Virus record (IMG/VR): IMGVR_UViG_3300044641_000723
Coordinates: 1 to 28,634 of that record
DNA length: 28,634 nt
Origin: a virus
Lineage: Duplodnaviria; Caudoviricetes
Strand: one strand, 5' to 3'
How positions within the stretch are numbered: the stretch's first letter is position 1; each line of letters opens with the position of its first letter. A program made the position numbers and the translations under genes. The notes below the pieces were generated by a model, which saw only the letters and a program-made list of their open reading frames with translations, made no database searches and was not told the DNA's origin. This document shows, piece after piece, positions 17,283 through 25,500 of the stretch.

Positions 17283-17386
17283 TTGGTTATCAATCAATGA
17301 CATAACAAATATACAACCTCTGTACACATTATCCAAATATTTTCCACACTTTGTGATGAACGGTAAATAAATCTGATGAACGGTAA
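17283..17386 (-). promoter_or_regulatory. Early promoter cassette copy B
   Basis: TGATGAACGGTAA at 17354 and 17374; TTTG 17337-17334, 20 nt, TATATTTG 17313-17306. Confidence 0.8.
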
Positions 17387-18538
17387 TTACATCATAGAAT
17401 ACCTGCCATTACCCCTTTTCATATTGAAATTATTCCAAGCTAAAGCCAATGCCATAACGCAGTCATCGTGAAAGCCTGATGGTGCAGAGTACTTAACCCC
17501 ATTAGCCGTGAACTGATATTCAAAGACCTGCAGTTCATTTGTTATTGCGCCTTCAGGGAATCCTATCTTTTGTTGTTGTATGGCAGTTGCAAGACCTTCC
17601 ATAAGTTGCTGCTTACTTGAACTCGTGAACTTTAGACCTTCTATTGCAATACCTTCCCTTTGTAAATCCTCTAGGATAGGGTCGCCTACACCTGTACTAT
17701 CCACCAATATAGGGCATTTAGGCAGCCTCTTTATATTCTCCTTAGTGTTATGCCAATCCATTTGATACCTGTCAAAATAAGCCACATTCCCTGCATTATC
17801 AAGACCTATGATAACTGTATGGTCTACAGACTTAGCAAGGTCAATACCAAATGCAACTATTTGTTGGTTGCTAATTGGCTTAACGCAATCTTGAATAAAT
17901 TTATTACCAAATGGGTTTGCGCTATTCTCTGAAGGATTAGCCATATACTCCTGTTCAAACACTACGTTTGGCAGTTGCATCCTAGCTTCATCAATTTCTT
18001 TTGGGTCTATGAATGGGTTATCATAGCTAGTGAATTTAAAGGATGCCCAATCCTGTTCACCATCTTTCATAAACAGGCTATAGAAATAGTTTTTCCCTCT
18101 AGGGGTAGATAGGAATACTGCCTTCCCTTTATAGTCAGTTAGGGTTGGTCTAATACTATTTTGCCATCCTGCTTCTAGGTCAGGGATAAAGGATGCTTCA
18201 TCTACAATAACCAAATGGAATTTTCTACCTCTTAGATTATCTAATCTTTCACCTGTAAAGAATTCTACCTGTCCGCCATTAGGGAAGTCTATTTTTAAAT
18301 CAGACTTGTTTTTAGGCAATTCTAGGGATTCTGTCAGCTTACTGAAGAAAACCTTCGCTAATCCATAAGTAGGGGTAATATAAGCAACAGAAAGACCTTT
18401 AACTGCATATGTAACAGAAAGTACCTGTGATAGTTCTGACTTACCAAATCTACGACCACACATCACCACCCTGAAACGCTTATCACATTCTAGGATTCTT
18501 TGTTGGTTTGCGTGTGGATTAGGTAAGAATATCTGCAT
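17387..18538 (-). CDS. terL: Terminase large subunit
   Basis: Walker A CGRRFGKS, Walker B IVDEAS, STPRG coupling motif, GIDLAK and HDDCVMALALA nuclease motifs. Confidence 0.95.
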   Translation of the reverse strand: MQIFLPNPHANQQRILECDKRFRVVMCGRRFGKSELSQVLSVTYAVKGLSVAYITPTYGLAKVFFSKLTESLELPKNKSDLKIDFPNGGQVEFFTGERLDNLRGRKFHLVIVDEASFIPDLEAGWQNSIRPTLTDYKGKAVFLSTPRGKNYFYSLFMKDGEQDWASFKFTSYDNPFIDPKEIDEARMQLPNVVFEQEYMANPSENSANPFGNKFIQDCVKPISNQQIVAFGIDLAKSVDHTVIIGLDNAGNVAYFDRYQMDWHNTKENIKRLPKCPILVDSTGVGDPILEDLQREGIAIEGLKFTSSSKQQLMEGLATAIQQQKIGFPEGAITNELQVFEYQFTANGVKYSAPSGFHDDCVMALALAWNNFNMKRGNGRYSMM

Positions 18539-18897
18539 TATAAAATGGTTTTACCATCTACAAAGATAACCTCTATTTTATTATCTGATTTAATATCCAT
18601 CTGCTCCTTTGGTTTTCCATATACTCTAGTTAACAAAGTATCCAAAGAATACAAGCTGCCATTGCTCATAGATTTTAATATGGCTTTTGCTATTGTCTTT
18701 TCTAGTACAGTTGCTTTATCATTTGTGCTAACTGATTTAAGTTCTTCTTCATCCATAGACATTAAAGCCTGAATGCTATCGTTTATTTCTGATAGCTTGT
18801 ATCCCTGTTCCTTCAATAGGCTGACATATTTTCTAGGTCTGCCATTGGGATTACCTGACTGACCTTTTACAAATGGTATCAAATGTTCTTTGCTCAT
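18538..18897 (-). CDS. terS: Terminase small subunit-like protein
   Basis: FVKGQSGNPNGRP N-terminus, RVYGKP motif; immediately upstream of terL. Confidence 0.75.
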   Translation of the reverse strand: MSKEHLIPFVKGQSGNPNGRPRKYVSLLKEQGYKLSEINDSIQALMSMDEEELKSVSTNDKATVLEKTIAKAILKSMSNGSLYSLDTLLTRVYGKPKEQMDIKSDNKIEVIFVDGKTIL

Positions 18898-18913
18898 TCT
18901 GTTATTGTTCTGT

Positions 18914-19267
18914 TTATTTATCTAATTTAGATTTAAAATGCTCACATAATACTTCCATCTTTGCTATGTAATATGTGCTAAAGTCTTTGTACCCCTCGTT
19001 GTTTTGCTGATAGTTTATAAATAAAATACCCCTTAATCTTTGTGATGGGGTCTTATTTGATTCTAAGTCTGTCTTAATACTATCTAGATTATCTAGTTCA
19101 TCCTGTTGAAATGATTCTTCTTTGATAGCTATGTAACAGAATCTTTGATTTAGTTGGAATACCTGTGCAGCATCAGCAGGTGATAGTTCCTGTGTGCCAA
19201 AGGTAACTTTAATGGTTTTATCCTTTCTAGATGTTAAGCCTTCTATTTGTGCAGGTAGTATTATCAT
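18914..19267 (-). CDS. Conserved hypothetical phage protein
   Basis: 117 aa, KTPSQRLRGIL motif. Confidence 0.7.
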   Translation of the reverse strand: MIILPAQIEGLTSRKDKTIKVTFGTQELSPADAAQVFQLNQRFCYIAIKEESFQQDELDNLDSIKTDLESNKTPSQRLRGILFINYQQNNEGYKDFSTYYIAKMEVLCEHFKSKLDK

Positions 19268-19386
19268 TTGCCTTGTCCCCTTGATGGTTTTGGTTTGGGT
19301 GTATGTTTGTTATAAGACTTTTTTGCCTGTCCTCTTTTGCGCTTACCAAATGAAACTTTTGATGAATCGCTTTTACCTTTTGCCAT
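19264..19386 (-). CDS. 40-aa highly basic peptide ending RGQGK
   Basis: MAKGKSDSSKVSFGKRKRGQAKKSYNKHTPKPKPSRGQGK; overlaps both neighbours (ATGA coupling at 19264-19267); not in ORF track. Confidence 0.65.
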   Translation of the reverse strand: MAKGKSDSSKVSFGKRKRGQAKKSYNKHTPKPKPSRGQGK

Positions 19387-19630
19387 TTAATTTCTCTTTA
19401 TGTTTGCTTTTTAAATATTCCATATGTGTCTTAGTATCCCCCATAACTAAATGACATTGCCTACATAATGCCATCAGGTTATTTATATTGTCTGCCTTTT
19501 TATCACCGCCCATTCCCCTAGCTTCTATATGGTGTATGTCAACTGCCTTTGCACCACAGGATTCACAAGGGATAAAATCTTCTATGCCATACCCAAAGTA
19601 ATCTAAATATAGTTTAGTGTGTTTCTTCAT
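19373..19630 (-). CDS. HNH endonuclease (terminase-associated)
   Basis: CESC, DIHHI, NLMALCRQCH. Confidence 0.85.
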   Translation of the reverse strand: MKKHTKLYLDYFGYGIEDFIPCESCGAKAVDIHHIEARGMGGDKKADNINNLMALCRQCHLVMGDTKTHMEYLKSKHKEKLNGKR

Positions 19631-19796
19631 TCATTATTATAAAGTTTAAAGATACGAATACAAATCCTATGTTTAAACTCTTATGTAATTGTGCAAATTC
19701 ATCTACTGAATACCCTATTGAAATACCTAATTGTATTGTTTCTGTTAATACCCCTAATGATATTCTGAATCTGCCAAATTGAATATGGTATTCCAT
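19614..19796 (-). CDS. Hypothetical small hydrophobic protein
   Basis: 60-aa ORF tightly packed between neighbours. Confidence 0.5.
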   Translation of the reverse strand: MEYHIQFGRFRISLGVLTETIQLGISIGYSVDEFAQLHKSLNIGFVFVSLNFIIMNEETH

Positions 19797-20215
19797 TATT
19801 TATCTATTTGCTTTAGCTTATTTATTGCCCATTCAATGCCTGAAGTACCACCCCAAGCATCCCACATTAACCCACCACATCCTTCAGAGTATGGTACATC
19901 TTTACTTTGTTGATGCCTTTTGAATGATGCCATCCTAGCTATGGTATCCCTAGATATGTTTTCTTTATTCGCTAATTGGTTTGCCCTAGCTTTACCTACT
20001 GCAGTTCCACATTCACCCCATCCGTTTTCTTCTGCCCATTTTAATGCCCTCTTTGCATTGTTACTAGCTGATTCAGGATAGTCATTATAAGTTTCTTCAT
20101 ATTTACCACTAGCTATAATTGCTGCCCATACTTTAGCAGCTTTTTCTTCTGTGTCATATATGCAACTACCTGTACCTATTCTGTACTTACCATTGCTACA
20201 TTTGTATATCGGCAT
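19796..20215 (-). CDS. Putative head-associated protein
   Basis: YNDYP..ASNNAKRAL, GT.VG..RANQLA, TIARMASF.RH, LMWDAWGG motifs. Confidence 0.6.
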   Translation of the reverse strand: MPIYKCSNGKYRIGTGSCIYDTEEKAAKVWAAIIASGKYEETYNDYPESASNNAKRALKWAEENGWGECGTAVGKARANQLANKENISRDTIARMASFKRHQQSKDVPYSEGCGGLMWDAWGGTSGIEWAINKLKQIDK

Positions 20216-21206
20216 TACCTATCAATTTATTATAAATAGCAAATCTTTTATTATTTATGGTGTGCAGGTTAAAGTTAGTATTGCAGTAATCAAATAGCTT
20301 CTGCCCATATTCAATCCTAGCTGCTTCATCAAATGTCAGTAGCTTAATCCATTTGTACCAATCCTGTTGATTGTTTACATAGCATACAGGCATATCCTTA
20401 TAAGGGTGTACGTTGCTAACTATAGCAGGGTTTTTCTTTGCTGCAGTCTCTAATACCTTCAGGTTTGATTTCATAGCACCAAACTTATTTTCTACTAAAG
20501 GAATGATACTTATATCAGAATCAGCATAAGCACCCATATAATTACTAACATCTGCATAGTCATAAATAGTTGGGTTCAGCTTTAATCCGTTTGTAAATAC
20601 TCCAATCATTCTATCCCATAAATGTTTTTCCCCTAGATTATAACCTGCAATAACTGTTCTTACAGGGAAATTAATCTTCTTCATTGGATTCCTAAGAATG
20701 TCTAAGTCAGGAACGTGAGTACCTGAACCTGCCCAAAATAATCTAACCAAATCAGATTCTAATTTATTATCCTGAAATTGTTCTTCACCATATGGTAAAG
20801 CATTAGGAATTATTTCTACATTAGGATTTAACTTATATATTTCTTCAGCCAATCTTTCGTGCGTACAGGTGCATAGGTCTGCCACCTTCATATACTCTGT
20901 AATGATTTCAGCAATATTACTTTCTCTATATCTTTGTGCAAGAACGTGCGAAGGTGGTAAAATCCAATAGTCATCATTATCTACTATCAGTTTGAATTTA
21001 TATTTTATCTTCATCTTTACTAATAGTTTAGCATCTGTTGAAGCTAAAAACCTATTAAATAAAACAATGTCATAGTTATTATCAAATACTGCTTCATTAA
21101 TTGTATCGGTTATCATACAATAGTCTTTGCGCATATTAACCAAAGGCATCATAATCCTATGATATCCTACCCCACTAAATTTGTTTGTAATTGCTAGTAT
21201 TCTCAT
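20196..21206 (-). CDS. Glycosyltransferase, GT-B fold (GT4-like)
   Basis: SGVGYHRI..P, DNDDYW, IIPNAL, WAGSGTH, KSNLKVLE, SNVHPY. Confidence 0.8.
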   Translation of the reverse strand: MRILAITNKFSGVGYHRIMMPLVNMRKDYCMITDTINEAVFDNNYDIVLFNRFLASTDAKLLVKMKIKYKFKLIVDNDDYWILPPSHVLAQRYRESNIAEIITEYMKVADLCTCTHERLAEEIYKLNPNVEIIPNALPYGEEQFQDNKLESDLVRLFWAGSGTHVPDLDILRNPMKKINFPVRTVIAGYNLGEKHLWDRMIGVFTNGLKLNPTIYDYADVSNYMGAYADSDISIIPLVENKFGAMKSNLKVLETAAKKNPAIVSNVHPYKDMPVCYVNNQQDWYKWIKLLTFDEAARIEYGQKLFDYCNTNFNLHTINNKRFAIYNKLIGNADIQM

Positions 21207-21784
21207 AAAGGAATATAATATGCTTTAGTTCCATTTGAATAATCAGATACGTTTTTAGTGTGCAAGTCCCAAGTCTTTTTAACTAAATCCATTTTATTAT
21301 ATCCATAAACATCACTACCATTCTGTTCAATATGAGTAGCTTTAGTTAATGGTATGAACTTTGTATGCAATCCTGCTGCCCTGCATCTAGTACAGTAGTC
21401 TAAGTCTATTGCTCCGTATGGGTCTAGTTCTTCATTAAATGCACCTAGCCTGTTTATTGTTTCTTTTGATATTGTAAAGTTCCCAATTAAATCTAATGAA
21501 TCACCATCAAATCCTGCTAATGGTGTTGAGCATATTCCAATCGTAGTATCTTGCATAAATTCATTTCTACTCTGTAACCAATTATCAGGCTCTAGTATAT
21601 CATTTCCCATAATCGTAACATAGTCAAAATTATTTAATTGCATCAATCCTTTATTGATTGCATAAGCTATGCCTGTTTCATCTACAATGCTGATTAAGTC
21701 TATATGCTTACCTGCATTTTTAATGTTATGAAACAAAGTTTCAATGTTTCTATTTTGATAGTTTAAATATATTACTGCGTTCAT
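21203..21784 (-). CDS. Glycosyltransferase, GT-A fold (GT2-like)
   Basis: AINKG, GND (DxD-like), GAFNE..YGAIDLDYCTR. Confidence 0.75.
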   Translation of the reverse strand: MNAVIYLNYQNRNIETLFHNIKNAGKHIDLISIVDETGIAYAINKGLMQLNNFDYVTIMGNDILEPDNWLQSRNEFMQDTTIGICSTPLAGFDGDSLDLIGNFTISKETINRLGAFNEELDPYGAIDLDYCTRCRAAGLHTKFIPLTKATHIEQNGSDVYGYNKMDLVKKTWDLHTKNVSDYSNGTKAYYIPL

Positions 21785-22263
21785 CTAGGTTTATTTTCTC
21801 CTAATTTTCTTGCAGGTACTCCTGCATATTTTGTAAATGGTTCTGTCTTACCTTTTATAAATGCACTTGCTCCAATCATACAACCTTCTTCAATATGTGT
21901 GAACTGATGCAATACTGCGTTTAATCCTATGTTTGAATTTTCTTCTATAATAGAATGTCCACCAATCTTTGCACCGCAACTTATTGTAACATTATTAAAA
22001 ATTGTACAATCGTGTCCTATGTGTGCGTGTTTCATTATAAAACAATTATCCTGAATATAAGTAATATCTTCAGTACCTGCATCTATTGTAACAAATCCTG
22101 TAATAATATTATTATCCCCTATGATTACATTACCTTTTTGCTTACCCCAATACTTTTTATGTTCTGCAGGGTCGCCTATAATACAATAAGCACCTATGTA
22201 ATTGTTGTCCCCTAGTACAACATTGTCCCCTATTATTGCAGTTGGATGTATAAAATTAGCCAT
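21781..22263 (-). CDS. Left-handed beta-helix acyl/acetyltransferase (LpxA/NeuD-like)
   Basis: IHPTAII, hexapeptide repeats, HIGHDC, AGVPAR; ATG at 22263 preferred over GTG 22284. Confidence 0.85.
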   Translation of the reverse strand: MANFIHPTAIIGDNVVLGDNNYIGAYCIIGDPAEHKKYWGKQKGNVIIGDNNIITGFVTIDAGTEDITYIQDNCFIMKHAHIGHDCTIFNNVTISCGAKIGGHSIIEENSNIGLNAVLHQFTHIEEGCMIGASAFIKGKTEPFTKYAGVPARKLGENKPR

Positions 22264-22549
22264 TTGTCTTTGGTTTGCGACCACGCTTTTTTGGTTCTAT
22301 AATTTGTGTTTGCATCAATAAATCATCTTGATTTAATACTTTTTCATAATGCTTATATAGTCTTAACACCATATCCATTCTACAGTTACCACACCAAATA
22401 GTTAAAATGAAATTAGGGTCTATGTATGTTCTGTAGATATGCTCATACATTTTCATTATACTTAAATCTAAGTTTCTAATAAACCCACTTTGTGCAGTTT
22501 CATAGTTGTTATAATGCTCTTTTAAATATTGCCTATGTTCTAGTTCCAT
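22256..22549 (-). CDS. Hypothetical protein (WCGNC motif, basic tail)
   Basis: ORF, overlapping neighbours. Confidence 0.65.
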   Translation of the reverse strand: MELEHRQYLKEHYNNYETAQSGFIRNLDLSIMKMYEHIYRTYIDPNFILTIWCGNCRMDMVLRLYKHYEKVLNQDDLLMQTQIIEPKKRGRKPKTNG

Positions 22550-22779
22550 ATCTTATAAATTAAAGTTTCTACAATAGATGCCAAAAAACCTGATATGAAT
22601 AAAACACTAGCTATGTTTAAAATCAGTTCAGGTGTGAAATATAATACAACTGCAATCCATGAAGCCAAGCAACTTCCGCAACTGAAAGGTTTGAAGTTGA
22701 TTCCCCATTTACGATGTAGGTTGTGGATAGTATTAAAAAATAATGATGCACAGATACTTGTTAAGATTATTTGAATCAT
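22540..22779 (-). CDS. Small membrane protein with KPFSCGSCLASW motif
   Basis: Hydrophobic segments plus CxxC. Confidence 0.65.
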   Translation of the reverse strand: MIQIILTSICASLFFNTIHNLHRKWGINFKPFSCGSCLASWIAVVLYFTPELILNIASVLFISGFLASIVETLIYKIWN

Positions 22780-23258
22780 TTCCGTATGTGTTTTTTTAGT
22801 TCAGTTTTAGTTTGTTTTAAAGTTCTTATGATTGACATATAAGGTATTCCTGTCTGTCTGCTTAATTCCTTTGCGTTCTTATTAAAATCAAAAGTGTATA
22901 GCCTTAATATTTCCTTTTGATACCAATGCAGTTTCTCAATTCCCTGTTCCATTACATCTATCACACTATTGTTTTCTACCTCTGCAACTTCCTTACCATT
23001 AAATTCTGTATAGTTCCTGTACTTTTTCCAAAATTGGCTTCTATCAGATTTAATCATATTTAGCATAGTTCTAACTATGTAAAATCTAATTTCATTTCTT
23101 TCGTATAGTCCACCTAGCTTCGCATCATCCATTTCCAACAGAACCATAAATACTTCTACCTTTAAATCATATTGCAATTCTTCAGGCTGCATCTTTGCAA
23201 ATGCCTGATTGACTTCATCATTAAGCCAATATTGCTCTATAATTTTATTTTTATCCAT
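22776..23258 (-). CDS. Sigma-factor-like (ECF-type) transcription regulator
   Basis: Region-2-like DLKVEVFMVLLE..FYIVRTMLN; region-4 HTH KELSRQTGIPYMSIIRTL; lies at early/late boundary. Confidence 0.65.
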   Translation of the reverse strand: MDKNKIIEQYWLNDEVNQAFAKMQPEELQYDLKVEVFMVLLEMDDAKLGGLYERNEIRFYIVRTMLNMIKSDRSQFWKKYRNYTEFNGKEVAEVENNSVIDVMEQGIEKLHWYQKEILRLYTFDFNKNAKELSRQTGIPYMSIIRTLKQTKTELKKHIRK

Positions 23259-23551
23259 TCAATTAGTACAGGCTGATTATCTTTTTCAGTACAAATATAT
23301 ACTAATCCCTGACAATTATGGATATCTTCTAATCTTTCTTTTTGTTCAAGACTTAACTTATCACCTATTTTTTTTACTTCAACTGCAACATACCTTCCTT
23401 CTGATGTGTAACCTTGCAGGTCTGCCCATCCTTTTTGTATTGTTCCTTTACGTTTCCCGTATGGTATATTGTTTACTCTATTAAGCCTGTACCCAATATA
23501 TTCTAAATTTTTCTTTGCCCATTTAGTTAGGTCGTTAGCCGATATGTCCAT
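23237..23551 (-). CDS. VRR-NUC family PD-(D/E)xK nuclease
   Basis: KGWADL...AVEVK...LSLEQ. Confidence 0.8.
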   Translation of the reverse strand: MDISANDLTKWAKKNLEYIGYRLNRVNNIPYGKRKGTIQKGWADLQGYTSEGRYVAVEVKKIGDKLSLEQKERLEDIHNCQGLVYICTEKDNQPVLIEWIKIKL

Positions 23552-23709
23552 AGTAAATCATAAAATTGTTTTTTAAATTTAAGTCTATTAGTTCCATCAA
23601 TGGCATCCTGTCTAGTTGGGAAACAGTCAAAAAAGTTAATCGTGTAGCAATATTTTAAACTACCACAGTAGGTATATTTAACCTGAAAGACCCTCAAAGT
23701 ATTTGACAA
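23527..23709 (-). CDS. Hypothetical protein
   Basis: 60-aa ORF bridging two genes; start uncertain. Confidence 0.35.
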   Translation of the reverse strand: MSNTLRVFQVKYTYCGSLKYCYTINFFDCFPTRQDAIDGTNRLKFKKQFYDLLWTYRLTT

Positions 23710-24418
23710 GTGCTAATTTTTTACATTGTGTATCAATAAAATCATCATCTTTTAGTTTTTTACTAAACTCTTTTGCATCTAATCCAATTAATTTATTCAT
23801 TTTCATTAGGTTATCTTCCCTAACCATCCTGATAATTTGTAACATTTCGTGTTCCTCAAATTTTAATTTGCCCTGCTTTAGTAATATTGCGAATACCTTG
23901 TTAGCATTAAATACCCTGTTAAAGTCATTTTTAGGCGATTCTAGCCATTCTTTCTGTGTGAATGATACAATGTCATCATCTGATAATTTTGGCGGCTCAA
24001 TTTCGTTTATAATCGGTTTTATCATTTTTCTTACTTCTAGTGCTTTTTTTGTGTAGGCTGACATAACCTGACCAATAAATTTTGGACTGAACTTTTCATA
24101 GTGTTCTGTGCTACAATCTAACTTACCCTGTACTGCCATCTTGAATGCTAACCTGAATTCTTCAACTGTGAACAATGGGTAGCTAGTTCTGATGAAATCT
24201 TCAATCACAACCATTTCCTGTGTATCAGGATATTTTGTGAATCCTAGCAAAGTAAAGATGTAAGCTAAATTTTCCTTCAATGTAACAGGTGAAACTAGAT
24301 TTAGTTTGTTCCCTTTGAATGCTTCAGCTATTTCATTATCAGCTATGTACCCACTTTGCAAGGGCATCCATTCGTTCCCTGCTTGTGGCAGTTGGGTTAA
24401 GTGTTTTTGAATTTCCAT
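23678..24418 (-). CDS. Putative helicase loader / replication protein
   Basis: Follows initiator; EEFRLAFKMAVQGKL..HYEKFSPKFIGQVM motif. Confidence 0.5.
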   Translation of the reverse strand: MEIQKHLTQLPQAGNEWMPLQSGYIADNEIAEAFKGNKLNLVSPVTLKENLAYIFTLLGFTKYPDTQEMVVIEDFIRTSYPLFTVEEFRLAFKMAVQGKLDCSTEHYEKFSPKFIGQVMSAYTKKALEVRKMIKPIINEIEPPKLSDDDIVSFTQKEWLESPKNDFNRVFNANKVFAILLKQGKLKFEEHEMLQIIRMVREDNLMKMNKLIGLDAKEFSKKLKDDDFIDTQCKKLALVKYFEGLSG

Positions 24419-24974
24419 ATCTTAGTTTGTTTTTAGTCCAAGTATTAATTCTTCTTTTTACATCAAAGAACTTTTCTAATTCATATCGCAATTTACCATT
24501 TTTATTTGGTTCGCACCAATAGTCAACAAATTCTGTAAATGAATCACCTAAAATTTCTTGATACTCTTTTATATTATTTATAAATAAATCTTTAGTATTT
24601 ACATTTATATTTACATTTTCCATATGACCTGTCATATGTTTGGTCATATGACCTACTTCTTTTTCTTTGTTTTTAGTATGTTGATTTTTACCTAAAACGT
24701 TGTTGCGCCTAGATTCCGTGAAAGTTTTCCTACGTTCTTTTTCCATATCTAACCTTTCATTATACCATAGACCATCAGCATCTTTTACAAATTTGTCCTG
24801 TATCTTGACCCAAATTTGACCTACCGTTTGACCTATCATATGTGTGGTCATATGACCTCTATTAAATTGCAACATTAGCAGTTCCATATATGCACCTTTT
24901 TCTTCAAAGGTCATACCCATAGTTCCCCCTATGTAATCATTAGGGTAGAATAAAAATGCAGGGTCTTTTGACAT
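24339..24974 (-). CDS. Replication initiator (YdaU/DUF1376-like N-terminus)
   Basis: PAFLFYPNDY..MTFEEKGAYMELL..WYNERL; internal iteron-like repeats; C-term FVDYW..EKFFDVKRRINTW. Confidence 0.75.
   Translation of the reverse strand: MSKDPAFLFYPNDYIGGTMGMTFEEKGAYMELLMLQFNRGHMTTHMIGQTVGQIWVKIQDKFVKDADGLWYNERLDMEKERRKTFTESRRNNVLGKNQHTKNKEKEVGHMTKHMTGHMENVNINVNTKDLFINNIKEYQEILGDSFTEFVDYWCEPNKNGKLRYELEKFFDVKRRINTWTKNKLRYGNSKTLNPTATSRERMDALAKWVHS
24560..24857. repeat. Candidate replication origin: CATATG/GGTCATATGACC iterons plus AT-rich tract
   Basis: CATATG at 24621, 24633, 24645 and 24837, 24849 (12-bp period); perfect 12-bp palindromes at 24642 and 24846; AT-rich 24560-24620. Confidence 0.6.
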
Positions 24975-24980
24975 AAAATA

Positions 24981-25064
24981 AAAATGGGGTTCAGATTCCC
25001 TGCTAGTCGCATTAGCAGTTCATCATCCCCCCAATATTGTTTATAAACTAAATGCGACTTAGTT
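24981..25064 (-). ncRNA. Candidate cis-regulatory kissing-loop RNA in the initiator 5' UTR
   Basis: Two 6-bp hairpins with perfectly complementary 7-nt loops GTCGCAT/ATGCGAC. Confidence 0.6.
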
Positions 25065-25069
25065 CTTTG

Positions 25070-25498
25070 TTATTTAGAAGACAAATATAAAGCATATTTA
25101 TCCATTTCCTCACAAAGTTGTTCTATTTTTTCTTTGAACCAATATTCAGTAGTCATTATATCCCTACACTTAGTGATTGAATATAATACTGTTGTATGGT
25201 CTTTAACTCCAATATATGAAGTTATTTCTGATAGGCTTAACCTTGTATACATTCTTAACATATAAGCTGCTGCCTGTCTGCCAAAGATTGTTTTTTGCTT
25301 TCTGTTATTTGCTTTAATGTCTGTACTAAATACTTCTTCAACTAACTGAACAATCTTTTCAGGCTTAATAGTTTTATCAGTAACAGGTATTCTAACATCA
25401 TCTAAAATAACTCCTTCTTTAATTAAAAGATTTTGAAGGTAATTAAAGCTATCTTTTTGCATCACATATGCTGCGTATATTTCTTCTTTATTTGTCAT
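25070..25498 (-). CDS. DnaA C-terminal-like (domain IV) HTH protein
   Basis: RQAAAYMLR..LSLSEI...KDHTTVLYS. Confidence 0.8.
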   Translation of the reverse strand: MTNKEEIYAAYVMQKDSFNYLQNLLIKEGVILDDVRIPVTDKTIKPEKIVQLVEEVFSTDIKANNRKQKTIFGRQAAAYMLRMYTRLSLSEITSYIGVKDHTTVLYSITKCRDIMTTEYWFKEKIEQLCEEMDKYALYLSSK

Positions 25499-25500
25499 AA

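Noticed and set aside
17354-17386. Direct repeats as a mini-CRISPR array or att sites
   Set aside because: Only 13-15 bp with 5-7 bp gaps, always upstream of promoters; no cas or integrase gene in the window
22256-22779. Membrane CxxC protein pair as holin/spanin
   Set aside because: No endolysin nearby and no lipobox; left as hypothetical
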